The notes below the pieces were generated by a model. It made no database searches. It was not told where the DNA came from and saw nothing but the letters and a program-made list of their open reading frames with translations. A program made the position numbers and the translations under genes. Positions 27,759 to 38,569 of a stretch of 41,638 bases of DNA are shown here, one piece after another. Position 1 is the first letter of the stretch. Each line of letters starts with the position of its first letter. Source of the DNA: a bacterium (GTDB lineage: Bacteria; JADJOY01); NCBI GenBank assembly GCA_046331705.1, contig JAXLQJ010000023.1:62001-103638 (forward strand). Direction: 5' to 3'.

Positions 27759-28157
27759 TCACCGGTTCCGCTCATACACCCGGCCGTTGTGAATGTCCCA
27801 TTGCCTGCGAGGGTGACCGTATGTGCCGTCCTCGTCCAGATGTATGAGACCTCTGGGAATCGAGGGTGGAAGCGACGGTGACCAGTGATGCCGGAGGCTA
27901 GCGACGGCCTCAAATTGGGTCCGTATGTATGGAACCGCTGCAGTTCGAATGTCAGCACCAAAAAAGACGTGCCGTGTTACATTGATGGTTTCGTCCGGTA
28001 TGACCCAAGCGCGGCGATAGAACAGTCCATCTTCTGTAGTTAGGCCGAAACAGGGCGCAATCTCAGGAGCTCGTTCTATGATGCTGCGAACGCTGGAAAG
28101 CATCTCGCCTGTGCCGGTGAGCTGAACCCAGCCGCGGATGTGGGTGTGTGCGCCCAT
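27759..28157 (-). CDS. First cassette gene, hypothetical protein
   Basis: 132-aa ORF 'MGAHTHIRGWVQL...' with low-GC codon use between the candidate attI and the first attC. Confidence 0.7.
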   Translation of the reverse strand: MGAHTHIRGWVQLTGTGEMLSSVRSIIERAPEIAPCFGLTTEDGLFYRRAWVIPDETINVTRHVFFGADIRTAAVPYIRTQFEAVASLRHHWSPSLPPSIPRGLIHLDEDGTYGHPRRQWDIHNGRVYERNR

Positions 28158-28173
28158 AGATTCAAATTGCTCG

Positions 28174-28210
28174 GCAGAATTCGACTGAACTAGCCAGTTC
28201 ACCCTACGAG
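28174..28210 (-). other. Candidate attI site
   Basis: Minus strand GTGAAC-TGGCTA-GTTCAGT between the integrase 3' end and the first cassette ORF; no attC hairpin upstream. Confidence 0.5.
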
Positions 28211-28364
28211 GGCGGCTACGCCCACGTAGCGGGGATTCTGCCCGGAGTGCTCGGGCGGGCGCAAGGACGCGAGGCGCCAGCGGATTCGCGACGGCGGGCG
28301 GTGGGTGAGCCGGCAGCGGACCGCGTTCTCGAGACCGGGATAGCGGGTATTGGGTGGGTCGGCT

Positions 28365-29315
28365 TTCGAGGCGATCCATGGGGCTACGTATGTTCGCGAA
28401 GTGGTGCTGAATGACGTGGGTGTCGATCATGGCGGTGCTGACGTCGTTGTGGCCGAGGAGTTCCTGAACGGTGCGGATGTCGTAGCCGTCCTCGAGGAGG
28501 TGCGTGGCGAAGCTGTGCCGGAAGGTGTGGCAGGTCGCTCGCTTGGGGATGGCGCTGCGGGCAACGGCGAGCGTCACGGCGCGTTGCAGGACGCTTTCGT
28601 GGAGGTGATGGCGGTGGCGCTGGCGGGTTTCGGGATGGATGTAGGTGCGGGTCGCTGGGAAGACCCATTGCCAGGACCAGGAGCGGCCGGCGGTTGGCAG
28701 TTTCACGGAGAGTGCGTGGGGAAGCTCGACCCAGCCGGCGCCGTGGGCGAGGTCGCGCTCGTGCTGTTTGCGGGCGCGGTCGATCTGGGCGGCGAGGTTG
28801 GGGCGTAGCGACTCGGGGATCAGGGTGATGCGGTCCTTGGCGCCCTTGCCGTCGCGAACGGTGAGCTCGAGGCGCTCGAGGTCGAGGTCCTGGATGCGCA
28901 GACGCGCGCATTCGAGGAGCCGGAGGCCGGATCCGTAGAGGAGCGCGGCCATGAGCCGGGGTGTGCCGTGGAGCTCGGCCAACACGGCACGAACCTCGTT
29001 GCGCGTGAGCACGGTGGGGATGCGCTCGGGCCGCTTGGCCTGTACCAACTCTTCGAGCCAGGGCAGGTTTTGGTCGAGCACCTCATCGGTAGAGGAAGAG
29101 GAGTGCGGCGAGGGCCTGGTTCTGTGTCGAGGCGCTGACGCGGCGCTGGACGGCGAGGAAGCTCTGAAACGCCGGACCTCTGGCGCTCCCAAATCCCGCG
29201 GGTGGCGCTTGCCGTGGAACACGACGAAGCGGCGGATCGAGCCGACGTACGCCTTCTCGGTGCGGCGGCTCAGATGGCGCCGCCAACGTGCGGGTGTATT
29301 CCGCGGAATAACCAA
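28365..29315 (-). pseudogene. intI: Integron integrase, apparently inactivated
   Basis: 'LLYGSGLRLLEC', 'VRDGKGAKDR', IntI-specific insertion 'VELPHALSVKLPTAGRSWSWQWVFPA', 'RHHLHES', 'HTFRHSFATHLLEDGYDIRTVQELLGH'. Compensating frameshifts near 29166 and 29086 put 'VSASTQNQALAALLFLY' out of frame. Catalytic MIYTH reads MIDTH. Confidence 0.9.
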
Positions 29316-29435
29316 TGAGAATCAGTATCAGCTCGGCGGCGCTTCGGCGGTTTGCGGCGGGGGCGAGCCCCCGCTCTATGGGGCCGTGCGACGCGATCGC
29401 TTCAACTCGTGGCCGCGGATTTGGCGGCCGCGCTG

Positions 29436-32264
29436 CTACGGCGACTGGCGGAGGATGACGGCGGTGTTGGGGGCCATGGGGATGGCGCTGCCGGTGAGGA
29501 CTTGCCAGGCGAGGCCGCCGGGGCTGGGGTAGGTGCCGCCGCCGATGAGGACGAGGCTTTCCCAGTGGCCGGCGCCGAGGGTGTACGTGGTGGTGGCTGC
29601 GTTGGGGTTGGCGATGACGAGCCCGCCGGTGTAGCTGCGTTCGAACATGCCGTCGGCGCGCTCCGTTGCGGGACCGAGGGCACCACCGATGGGCAGCGCA
29701 TCCTCGGCGTATTGTTGCAGGTCGGCCTGGACGTTGGTGCCGGCGATGCGGTGATAGGCGGCGTCGGAGTTCACCAACAGGTACGAGGCGAGCGACCACA
29801 TGCGGCGCTGCATGTCGCCGGTTTGCATGTAGTCCATGGCGATCGCGAACTTTCCTTGTGAAAGGGTGAACGCGAAGTCGGTGAGCTGCTGGATCCAGCG
29901 CGTCCGGTCCATGAAGCGCGTCGAGGCCTTCATGCTGAACGCTTCGAAGGACATGCCGTCGATGTAGGGCAGGTATTCCAGGCCGCGCCGCCCCGCGGGC
30001 TGGCCACCGGTGTACGAGTTGATGAGGATCTTGACCGTCGCGGGCAACGCCGCGCGCACGGCGGCAAGCACCTCGCCCACGGCGGCGTAGTAACCGTCGT
30101 CGCTGTAGTCGACGGGGAACTCGTTGATGAGGCTCGGGTCGATGATGCCGCAGTTGTCGAGGTAGACGGCGTCGTAGCCGTTGGCGATCTGGTCGAGGAT
30201 GTCGGCCACGAGAATCGGCACCCAAGCGGCGCGCTTCTCGGGTGTGGTGATGTCGAGCCAGTACCAACCGAATTGCGTCTGGGTGACCGGGTTGCCGCTC
30301 GGTCCCAGCCACAAGAGGCCGGCGGCCACCACCTGATCGAAGCGCGGCTCGCCCGGCGCGGCACCAGCGATCTTGTCGTAGACGAAGATCGGCAGCTCGG
30401 GATTGGCTGCGTGCAACGCCGCGATCTTGCTCACCCCCGAGCTCGTGATGGCGAGGTCGTGGACGTTGGCGATGTAGTCGATCTGGTCGGGCGTGTTCGA
30501 GAACGAGCCGGCGAACACCGAGCGCACGCCCACCGCCTCGCCATCGGGCGGCGGCGGCAGCACGGTCGCGGGGCGCACGATCACGGCGGTGTTGGGCGCC
30601 AGGTCGATCGCGTTGCCGGTCAACAGGAGCCACGAGAGGTAGCTCGGGCTCGGGTAGGTCCCACCGCCGTTCAAGATCAGGCTTTCCCAGGCGCCCTCGC
30701 CGAGGGTGTAGCGGGTGGTGGTCGGGTTGGGGTTCGCGACCACGATGCCGCCCGTGTACGAGCGTTCGAACATTCCGTCTTCGCGCTCCACGGCGGCACC
30801 CAACGCATCGCCGATCGGCAGCTTGTCCTCGGGATATTCCTGCAGGTCCGCCTGGGTGTTGGTGCCCAGGATGCGGTGGTAGGAAACGTTGCTATTCACC
30901 AGCAGGTAGGACGCCAGCGACCACATGCGGCGCTGCATGTCGCCCACCTGCATGTAATCCATCGCGACCACGAACTTCCCTTGGTCGAGCGTGTACGCGA
31001 GGTCGGTGAGCTGCTGCACCCAGCGCGCGCGGTCCATGAACTTGCTCGAGGCCTTCATGCTGAAGGCCTCGAAGGAAAGCCCGTCGACGTACGGCAGGTA
31101 CTCGAGGCCGCGCCGTCCCGGCGGCTGACCGCCGGTGTAGGAGTTGATGAGTATCGGAACGCCCGGCAGTGCCGCGCGCACTCGCGCCAGCACGTCGCCG
31201 ATGGCCGCGTAGTAGCCGTCGTCGCTGTAATCGAGCGGGTACTCGTTGATGAGGCTCGGATCGATGATGCCGCAGTTGTCGAGGTAGACCGCGTCGTAGC
31301 CGATGGCGAGCTGTTCCTGGAGCGTCGTCACCAGGATGGAGGCCCACGCCGCCCGCTTTTCCGGTGTGGTGATGTCGAGCCAGCTCCAGCCGAATTGCGT
31401 GTTCACCACGGGATTGCCGCTCGGCCCGTACCACAGGAGCCCGTTGGCGACGACCTGATCCCAATGCGCGTCGGCGGACGAGGCCCCGGCGACCTTTCCG
31501 TAGCGGTAGACCGGAGTCTCCGGGTTGGTGGCGTGCACCGCGGCGATCTTGCTCTTGCCCGAGCTGGTGATGATCAGATCGTGGACGTTCGCCACGTAGT
31601 CGAGCTGGTCGGGGACGTTGGTGAAGGCACCCGAGAACACCGAGCGCACGCCGGACGCGGCCTCCGGAAACGGCGGCGGCGGGGGATCGGGCACGAACGA
31701 CGTGACCGCGAACACCAGCACGTCGAGGTCGCTCCAATCCGCGGTGCTGTACGTGAAGTAGCGCACCTGCATCACGCCCGACGCGTTCACGAATCGCGCG
31801 AAGTCCCCGGAGAGTGGAAACGTGAGCGGCTGCCAGGTGTGGTAGACGGCGCCGTCGTTGTAGCCGACCGTCACCCAGCTGCTGGCCGCGAAGTCCCGCA
31901 CCTGGAAGGTCCAGCGCTGGGTGCCGCGCGGCTGGCCGTAATAGTTCGAGAGCAGCGACAGCGACGACGCGCCTGCCACGTCGAGGCCGGCGGGAACCTG
32001 GAACGAGAAGACGCCCTGATAGCCGAAGATGCTCGGCGTGTAGCGCTGGGCGCGGGTCGGCTCGGTGGCGGTGCCGGTCAAGTCCTTTTGCGCCAGCACC
32101 GAGAGCGGCTGTGCGCCGGTGCTGCCGCGCTGGGTGGCGACGGCGGTGGGCGCGACGTTCGTCGTGACGAAGGCGGCGTGACTAGGGGTGGCGGCGCCGA
32201 GGAGCAGCGCGCAAGCGAGCGCGACGGTGATTCGGGTCCAGCGTCGCGGCGATCGTTCGCTCAT
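29436..32264 (-). CDS. Secreted protein with an N-terminal beta-rich domain and two tandem putative glycoside hydrolase (GHL15-like TIM-barrel) domains
   Basis: Signal peptide; two ~374-aa repeats with 'GYDAVYLDN', 'INSY', 'DGLSFEAF', 'LASYLLV', '[12 protein letters not shown]'; ATGA-coupled to the upstream gene. Confidence 0.75.
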   Translation of the reverse strand: MSERSPRRWTRITVALACALLLGAATPSHAAFVTTNVAPTAVATQRGSTGAQPLSVLAQKDLTGTATEPTRAQRYTPSIFGYQGVFSFQVPAGLDVAGASSLSLLSNYYGQPRGTQRWTFQVRDFAASSWVTVGYNDGAVYHTWQPLTFPLSGDFARFVNASGVMQVRYFTYSTADWSDLDVLVFAVTSFVPDPPPPPFPEAASGVRSVFSGAFTNVPDQLDYVANVHDLIITSSGKSKIAAVHATNPETPVYRYGKVAGASSADAHWDQVVANGLLWYGPSGNPVVNTQFGWSWLDITTPEKRAAWASILVTTLQEQLAIGYDAVYLDNCGIIDPSLINEYPLDYSDDGYYAAIGDVLARVRAALPGVPILINSYTGGQPPGRRGLEYLPYVDGLSFEAFSMKASSKFMDRARWVQQLTDLAYTLDQGKFVVAMDYMQVGDMQRRMWSLASYLLVNSNVSYHRILGTNTQADLQEYPEDKLPIGDALGAAVEREDGMFERSYTGGIVVANPNPTTTRYTLGEGAWESLILNGGGTYPSPSYLSWLLLTGNAIDLAPNTAVIVRPATVLPPPPDGEAVGVRSVFAGSFSNTPDQIDYIANVHDLAITSSGVSKIAALHAANPELPIFVYDKIAGAAPGEPRFDQVVAAGLLWLGPSGNPVTQTQFGWYWLDITTPEKRAAWVPILVADILDQIANGYDAVYLDNCGIIDPSLINEFPVDYSDDGYYAAVGEVLAAVRAALPATVKILINSYTGGQPAGRRGLEYLPYIDGMSFEAFSMKASTRFMDRTRWIQQLTDFAFTLSQGKFAIAMDYMQTGDMQRRMWSLASYLLVNSDAAYHRIAGTNVQADLQQYAEDALPIGGALGPATERADGMFERSYTGGLVIANPNAATTTYTLGAGHWESLVLIGGGTYPSPGGLAWQVLTGSAIPMAPNTAVILRQSP

Positions 32265-34210
32265 CTCGGGGCTTCCTCGGAGGTGGGTCGGTGGGCGTTT
32301 CGGGTGCGCCGAAGCCCCAGAATCGCGAGCAGCGCGGCGAGTGGCGGCAGCATCGCCGCGAGCGGGGCGGCCCGGGAGCGGCCGAACGCACCGGGGACCG
32401 CCGCGCACGTTGCGGCGTCGCATGGGTCACCCAGGCCGTCGCCGTCGTCGTCGCTCTGATCGGGATTCGCGAGGTCGGGGCAGTTGTCGCAAGCGTCGGC
32501 GATGCCGTCGCCGTCGCCATCCGGGCCGCCGCAGGCCTCCACGGCGCCGGAATCACACTGAGCACCGCCGTCGCCGTCGCCATCGATGGGGCGCGGCTCG
32601 CCACGTTGATCCGTGGCGGGGCAGCTCGCGGCGAGCGCCGCATCGATCGCGGGGCTCGCGCCCAAGAGCCCGTGGGCGGCGGTGCCGTTGGCACTCGTTC
32701 CCAGCGGTGCGAGTGCCAGCTCGGCGACGCCGATCCGGTCGCTGGGTTGGGTGAGTCCGCAGGTGTCGCCGGCTCCCTCGACGTTGCCGCCGCTCGACAC
32801 CACGTTCGGCGTCTCGCCCTCCTCGAGGGCGGCACAGCGGCCCGCGATCACCGATCCCAAGAGGCGAAGCTCGCCGCTCGCCGAGGCGAGCAGCGCGACG
32901 TCCATTGGAGCGGAGGCCACCACCGTCGCGTGCCGTAGCTCGAGGACTTCGCTGCTCCGCGCTTGCGCCACGCTCTCCGGCGCGAGGCTCGTGCCGTTTC
33001 CCGAGATGGTCACGTTCTCGGCGAGGATCACGTCGTTGTCGAGGTTGGCGCCGCGGGCGCGCTGGTCCAGGCCAACACCGCCGTTTTGGACCAGCGCGCT
33101 TCGGCGCAGGGTGGTGGCGCCGCCGAAGCCGACGAGCCCCGCGCTGGGGTTGCTCGCGATGCTCGCGCCTTCGATCGTCAGCGTGCCGCCGGGCTCGGGC
33201 GCCAGCGGCGGCCAGCCGGGGAAGCCGTTGGCGATCGCCCCGCTGGTCGAGTCCGCGACGTTGCGCGCGACGGTGGAATCGAGCACCTCCATCGAGGCGC
33301 TGGCCGAGGCGATGAAGAGGCCGCCACCGATGATCGCCGAGTTGCCAGCGACGGTGCACCCGTCGAGGTGGGTATCGCCGGCGCTCGCCACGCCGCCGCC
33401 CGAGCCGGGAACGCTGCCCACCGTCACCGCGGTGTTTTCCTGGACGGTGCTGCCGCGCACGGTGAGCTGACCGAAGTCGAGGGCGCCACCACCCAGCATC
33501 GCCACGTTGTGCTGCAGCGTCGACGTCTCGACGAGTGCCGTGCCTTCGTTGAAGAGCCCGCCGCCGAGCGGCGCGGCGTTCGACTCGATGAGGCTCGCCG
33601 TGACCGTCAGTGTCCCCGAGCTCGAGATGCCGCCGGAGGCGTCGTAGGGCAGGGCGTACGGCGCGCCGCCGCCGTTGTCGCGCACCCGACTGGCGACCAC
33701 CGTCAGCACGCCGTCGTTGCGAATGCCCCCCAGGCTGTTCTGGAGGGTGAGGGATTGGAGGGTGACGTCCGCGCCGGCAGCGACGTCGACGAGCGCGGGG
33801 CTGAGATCGTTCGGCACGCCATCGACGAGCAAGCCGCCGTCGAGGATGGTGGACTCGGCGTCGGCGCCCAGCAGCACCGTGTCGTCGGTGAGCGTCAGGA
33901 TCGCGCCCGGCGGGGTGAGCCCCGGATCGACCACCGCGTTGCCGAGCGCGTAGGTGCCCGCCGGGATCTGAATCGTGTCCAAGCCGGGATTCGCGTTGGA
34001 TTCCGCGACGGCGTCGCGCACCGAGCAGTGCGCGTCGCAGAGCCCGTCGTCGCTGGCGTCGTTCACCGTGACCAGGAACGTGGCCGCGGTGGCGCGCGGG
34101 GGCGACTGGATGGCGAGAGTGCTGGCGAGGGTGCCACCCACCATCGCAAGCCACAGGGGCACCGTCCGCGGCCTCGCGCCGGTGCTTCGCGATCGAAATG
34201 CGCGCTGCAT
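32261..34210 (-). CDS. CSLREA-domain, choice-of-anchor-Q beta-helix protein with thrombospondin type 3 repeat and C-terminal membrane anchor
   Basis: '[19 protein letters not shown]', GGG/N-rich beta-helix repeats, 'SPAIDAA...DQRG..RP.DGDGDG...CDSGAVE', '[33 protein letters not shown]', Cys-linker-TM-RR tail; start approximate. Confidence 0.82.
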   Translation of the reverse strand: MQRAFRSRSTGARPRTVPLWLAMVGGTLASTLAIQSPPRATAATFLVTVNDASDDGLCDAHCSVRDAVAESNANPGLDTIQIPAGTYALGNAVVDPGLTPPGAILTLTDDTVLLGADAESTILDGGLLVDGVPNDLSPALVDVAAGADVTLQSLTLQNSLGGIRNDGVLTVVASRVRDNGGGAPYALPYDASGGISSSGTLTVTASLIESNAAPLGGGLFNEGTALVETSTLQHNVAMLGGGALDFGQLTVRGSTVQENTAVTVGSVPGSGGGVASAGDTHLDGCTVAGNSAIIGGGLFIASASASMEVLDSTVARNVADSTSGAIANGFPGWPPLAPEPGGTLTIEGASIASNPSAGLVGFGGATTLRRSALVQNGGVGLDQRARGANLDNDVILAENVTISGNGTSLAPESVAQARSSEVLELRHATVVASAPMDVALLASASGELRLLGSVIAGRCAALEEGETPNVVSSGGNVEGAGDTCGLTQPSDRIGVAELALAPLGTSANGTAAHGLLGASPAIDAALAASCPATDQRGEPRPIDGDGDGGAQCDSGAVEACGGPDGDGDGIADACDNCPDLANPDQSDDDGDGLGDPCDAATCAAVPGAFGRSRAAPLAAMLPPLAALLAILGLRRTRNAHRPTSEEAPR

Positions 34211-34368
34211 GTCGTGGAGGTGCTCGGGAGGTCGCGAACAGCGCCGTATCCTCGCATATCCGCGGTCGCGCGCCAGCGCTCGGCGCACCGGGATCGCGGT
34301 GATCGTTGCGGCGCGCCGCGGCGCTCGGCTAAAAGGGGGCCTCGCGTTGCGTGACTGAAAGGGACACC

Positions 34369-34770
34369 ATGGATTCCGCGGAGTTTCGTAGCTTCGTCGA
34401 GCGCCTTGGCAAGGCGCTCGATGCCGACGTCGTCGACGAAAAGGGCGAGCTTGGTCTCAGCTTGGCGCTCGACAGCGGACGGCACCAGCAGGTGTTCCTG
34501 GGGCTCGTCTTGGATGCCCTCGACCGGCCACTCTTGGCAGCCTATGCGCACATCGGTGACATCGAGGACATCGATCCGATGGCCGCGCTCGAGCTCAACG
34601 CCACCACGCCGTACGGAGCCGTGGCGCTCCTCGGCCGGCGGGTCATCATGCGGCGCACGGAGCGGCTGACCGGGCTCGATCCCGCTTCGCTGGCCGAGTC
34701 CATCCAGCTCTTGGCGCTCAATGCCGACCTGATCGAGCAGACGCTTTACGGAAGGCGGGATCGGTACTGG
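34369..34770 (+). CDS. YbjN/type III chaperone-fold-like small protein (stop codon missing, reads into repeat array)
   Basis: RBS GAAAGGGA; 'GRHQQVF...[15 protein letters not shown]...[19 protein letters not shown]' looks complete at DRY, but the next codon is TGG. Confidence 0.65.
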
Positions 34771-34778
34771 GTTGCTGC

Positions 34779-35664
34779 GGGGGCTGTTCCAACCCCCGCC
34801 CGCCGCGGCGCAGCCGCGTCGGGTCCCACCCCCAAGGCGCCTCGCTTCGCTCGTCGGCTCGCCTGCCGGCTCGCGGCGAGATGGACGGCGTGCGTGGAGA
34901 CCGGTCGGCCGGGTCGACGGGGTGCTCGTTCGGGGTTGTTCCACCCCGCCCGCCGCGGCCAGCCGCGTCGGGTCCCACCCCCAAGTCGCCTCGCTTCGCT
35001 GTCGGCTGCCTGCCGGCTCGCGGAGAGATGGGCGGCGAGCGTGGAGACGGTCGGCCGGTTGTTCGACGGGTGCTCGTTCGGGGTTGTTCCGCCTTCGCCC
35101 GCTGCGCTGGGCCGCGTCGGGTCCCACTTCTGGGCGCCTCGCTTGCTGTCGGCTCGCCCGCCGGCTCGCGGGAGATGGGCGGCGAGCGGAGACCGAGTCG
35201 GCCGATCGGTCGACGGCGTGCTCGTTCGGGGTTGTTCCACCCCCGCCGCCGCGGCGCAGCCGCGTCGGGTCCCACCCCAAGTCGCCTGCTTGCTCCGTCG
35301 GCTCGCCGCCGGCTCGCGGAGAGATGGGCGGCGAGCGTGGAGACTGGTCGGCCGGTTGTTCGACGGGGTGCTTCTCGTTCGGGGGTTGTTCCGTTCCCTG
35401 CCCGCCGCGGCCAAGCCGCGTCGGGTCCCACCCCCAAGTCGCCCCGGCCACGGTCGGCTCGCGCGCGCCGCTGGCTCGCGGAGAGATGGGCGGCGAGCGT
35501 GGAGACCGAGTCGGCCGGCTGTTCGACGGGGTGTTCGGGGGGTTGTTCCAACCCCCGCCCGCCGCGGCCAAGCCGCGTCGGGTCCACCCGCCTCGCTCGC
35601 TCGTCGGCCGCCGCCGGCTCGCGGAGAGATGGGCGGCGAGCGTGGAGACTGGTCGGCCGAGTTG
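34779..35664. repeat. Tandem array of six ~148-157 bp hairpin-rich repeats
   Basis: Unit starts at ~34779, 34932, 35080, 35228, 35381 and 35538. Consensus GGGGTTGTTCC(A)ACCCCCGCCCGCCGCGGCCAAGCCGCGTCGGGTCCCACCCCCAAGTCGCCTCGCT..GTCGGCTCGCC.GCCGGCTCGCGGAGAGATGGGCGGCGAGCGTGGAGAC.GGTCGGCCGGTTGTTCGACGGGGTGCTCGTTC. Confidence 0.95.
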
Positions 35665-36011
35665 TGAGGATGGGCTGACGCACGCTCGGGGTTTTCCGAG
35701 CCCTCGTGCCCGCCCCGCCGGGGAGGCTGGCTCCCGTCCGGGGTGCTCGCGCGGCGCCGCGGGTGCGTGCGTTGCCGCGTCGCAACGGCGATGGCGTTCG
35801 TGGTCGCAGGCGGCCCGCCTCCTGCGGCAACGACCCATGAATTCGCCAACTTGCGACCGTAGTTGTGCCTAGTACATCGGGGTGCGGCCACCCGGCCGGT
35901 CCGAGGCTCAAGGCTACGGTGTCACGGGACATCGTTCGCGTCGCTATGGCGCGGCGCGGCGAGAGTTCTCTATGCTGGATGCTTGTGCACGTGCACGTGG
36001 GCACACGAGCG

Positions 36012-37108
36012 ATGACAGCCGCCAACCTCACCCCCGCTGCGGGCATGCCGATCGACCCGCGTCCGACCCCACCGGATCGGGCGATGCGCCCTGTTCCGGC
36101 GCAGCTCGTCGACGCGGAGGTCACCCCAACACGGGCGCTTTCCGGGGCGTGATCCGCGAGGCTCAACACCCAGGACCTGCGCGGGCCGTTTCGCCCCAGC
36201 GCGTGGCAGTGGTTGCGCGAGAAGCGCTGGAATCAGCTCTACGTGGTGTCGCCCGACGTCGCGGCGAGCGTCGCGATCCTCGACCTCAAGTACCTGGCGA
36301 GTGCCTTCTGCTACGTCCTCGATCGCCGCACCAACCGCCTGCACGAGTTCGCGCGGCTGGCGCCGTTCGGCCTGGGACTGACCTTCCGCGGCAACCCGCT
36401 CGCCGGCTTGGTCGGTTTCGCTCGCGCGGCGTGCGGGTCGAGTTCGAGCACGACTGTGCCCACGGCCTGAGGCGCCTGTCGCTGACCTCGCGGACGTATC
36501 GGGGCGCCATCGATCTCAGCCTCAAGATCGCGGACGACGGTCGCGCGACCGTGCCCATCAACTCGGTGCAGGGGCTGCCGCCCTACGGCCTCGTGTACAG
36601 CCATCGCAGTGGGCCGCTCCCGGCCTCGGGCCAGGCGCTCGTGGACGGGCGCTCGCGCAGCGTGCGCGAGGGCCAGTCGTTCGCGATGTTCAACTGGCAG
36701 TGGGCGCTGCATCCGCGCGACGCGCGCTGGACCTGGATGAGCGGCGCGGGGCCCTGTGCCGACGGCAAGCGGATCGTGGCGTTCAACCTGACGCGCGCCA
36801 ACGATGGCCTGGGCGAGCCGGAGAACTTCCTCTGGTTCGATGGTCAGCCGGTCGCGGTGGGCCGGGTCAACTTCGCGATGGACCTGGCGCGCAAGGACGG
36901 CGAATGGGCGGTCCGCAGCGAGGATGGAAGGGTGCGCCTCACGTTCCGTCCGGACGTGGTCCGCATGGGCCAGCGCGACGCGATCTGGGCGAAGGTCTAC
37001 CGCCAGCCGATCGGCCGCTTCAGCGGCACGCTGGTGAACGCGGACGGCCGGTCGATCGAAGTGCGCGACCTGCCGGGCTTCGCGACCGATCAGACCGTGC
37101 ACTGGTGA
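36012..37108 (+). pseudogene. DUF2804-like protein split by about three frameshifts (pseudogene or sequencing error)
   Basis: 'LREKRW...AILDLKYLASAFCYV' in one frame; 'RWTWMSGAG...ENFLWFDG...SEDGRVRLTFRP...YRQPIGRFSGTL...LPGFATDQTVHW' in another; start uncertain. Confidence 0.7.
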
Positions 37109-37170
37109 GCCGCGCGAGCGCGCGGTTCCGAGCGTCGCGCCCGCGTCGCGCCTGGTAGTCTGGTCGCGCG

Positions 37171-38518
37171 ATGGGCGAGACCGAGCGCGCGGGGAGCCGC
37201 TCGCTGGGTGTGGCTCGCGGCGGCGGCGCTGACGGTGGTCATTCTCACCGCCACCTTCGCGAAGACCGGCTTCGGTGTCTTCGGCGATGGCGTGGGCTAC
37301 TACGCGCCGCTGCGCTCGCTGGCGTTCGACCGCGACCTGCGCATCGACGACGAGGTGGCGCGCTGGGCGCCGGGGTCGGTGGCCGCACGAGATCCCGACC
37401 TACAGCAAGTACCCGATCGGCACGGCGCTGGTGTTGACGCCGTTCTTCGCTCTCGGCCGGCCTCGCGCTGGGGCTCGCGGCGGCGGGATGAACGTGAGCG
37501 CCGACGGCTACTCGTGGCCGTACGAGCTCGCTTATTGCCTCGGCAGCGCGCTGCTCGGCGTGGCGGGGCTGCTGCTTGCGGCGCAGGCCGCGCGACGGAT
37601 CGCCGGGCGCGGCGGCGCGCTCGTGGCGGTGCTCGGAGTGTGGTTCGCGTCGCCGATCTTCTACTACCTGGCGTTCGAGCCCTCGATGGCGCACGCGGTC
37701 TCCGAGGCGCTCGTCCGCTCACGCTCTATCTGGCGCTCACCCGGGACTGGCGCGGTCGACCGCGGGCGGCGGCGGCGCTGGGGGCGGCGCTCAGGGCTGG
37801 CGGCGCTGACACGGCCGCAGGACGCGCTCTTCGCGGTGACGATCGGGTGCTGGGGGATCTGGCCACCGCGATCGCTCGACGGCCGGGACGTCGCGCATCC
37901 CGGGAGGCGATCGACGGCGACGATGCTCGGCATCGCCGCCGCCGCGGCGCTGGGTGTCGCGCTGATCCAGGTGGCGGTGTATGCGTGGACGTTCGGCTCG
38001 GTCGCGGCGGTGCCGTACTTTCACGAGGCCGCCGCCGCGGGCGCGGTCCCACGTTCGCCTGGCTTCACCCGCGGATCGGCGCCGTGCTCTTTTCGCCCCT
38101 GCACGGGCTTTTTTCCTGGCACCCGCTCACGCTGGTGGCGGTCGCGGGGCTGGTGGTCCTGGCGTATCGCGATCGGGGGCTGGGGGCGGGGCTCTTGCTG
38201 GGCTGGCTCGCGCAGCTCTGGCTCGTGGGTGCCTGGCACGATTGGTGGCAGGGGGCGGCGCTGGGCGGACGCATGTTCGCGAGCTCGAGCTTCGCGTTCG
38301 TGCTCGGGCTGGCGGCGCTCTGGCGCGAGCTTCCCTCCCGGGCGGCGCGCTCGACGCTGGCCGCGCTCACCGCGCTCGCGGCGCTCTGGAATCTCTCGCT
38401 CGCGGTCCAGTACCGGCTCGGCCTGCTTCCCGCCGAGTCACCGGTCTCACTGGCGCGAATGGCGCGCGGCCACCTCGAGCTCCTCGCGCGCGCGCTCGCG
38501 AAGCTCGCGGGGGCGTGA
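37171..38518 (+). pseudogene. GT-C-like (family 39-like) membrane glycosyltransferase with multiple frameshifts
   Basis: 'GDGVGYYAPLRSLAFDRDL', 'SKYPIGTALVLTPFF', 'SPIFYY...SMAHAVS', 'LTRPQD', 'VLFSPLHGLFSWHP', 'WHDWWQGAALGGRMF' spread over alternating frames. Confidence 0.7.
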
Positions 38519-38569
38519 CCCCGGCAACCGTCGCGGCGGAAGAATCGGGCGCGCGGCGAGCGACCGCGC

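Larger units (their letters stand above)
22984..29315 (-). mobile_element. Integron: intI pseudogene, candidate attI and cassette array of at least six cassettes
   Basis: IntI-type recombinase next to an array of attC hairpins alternating with short minus-strand ORFs; visibly lower GC than the flanks. Confidence 0.92.

Noticed and set aside
27759-29315. 518-aa integrase with a novel C-terminal domain
   Set aside because: The extension is read-through across the attI region into the first cassette ORF, which has different codon use.
34779-35664. CRISPR array
   Set aside because: Whole ~150-bp units are homologous, with no short repeat/unique spacer alternation and no cas genes.
34063-36169. 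Repeat-encoded proteins in several frames
   Set aside because: Unit lengths are not consistently multiples of three, and the frames are open only because the repeat lacks stop codons.
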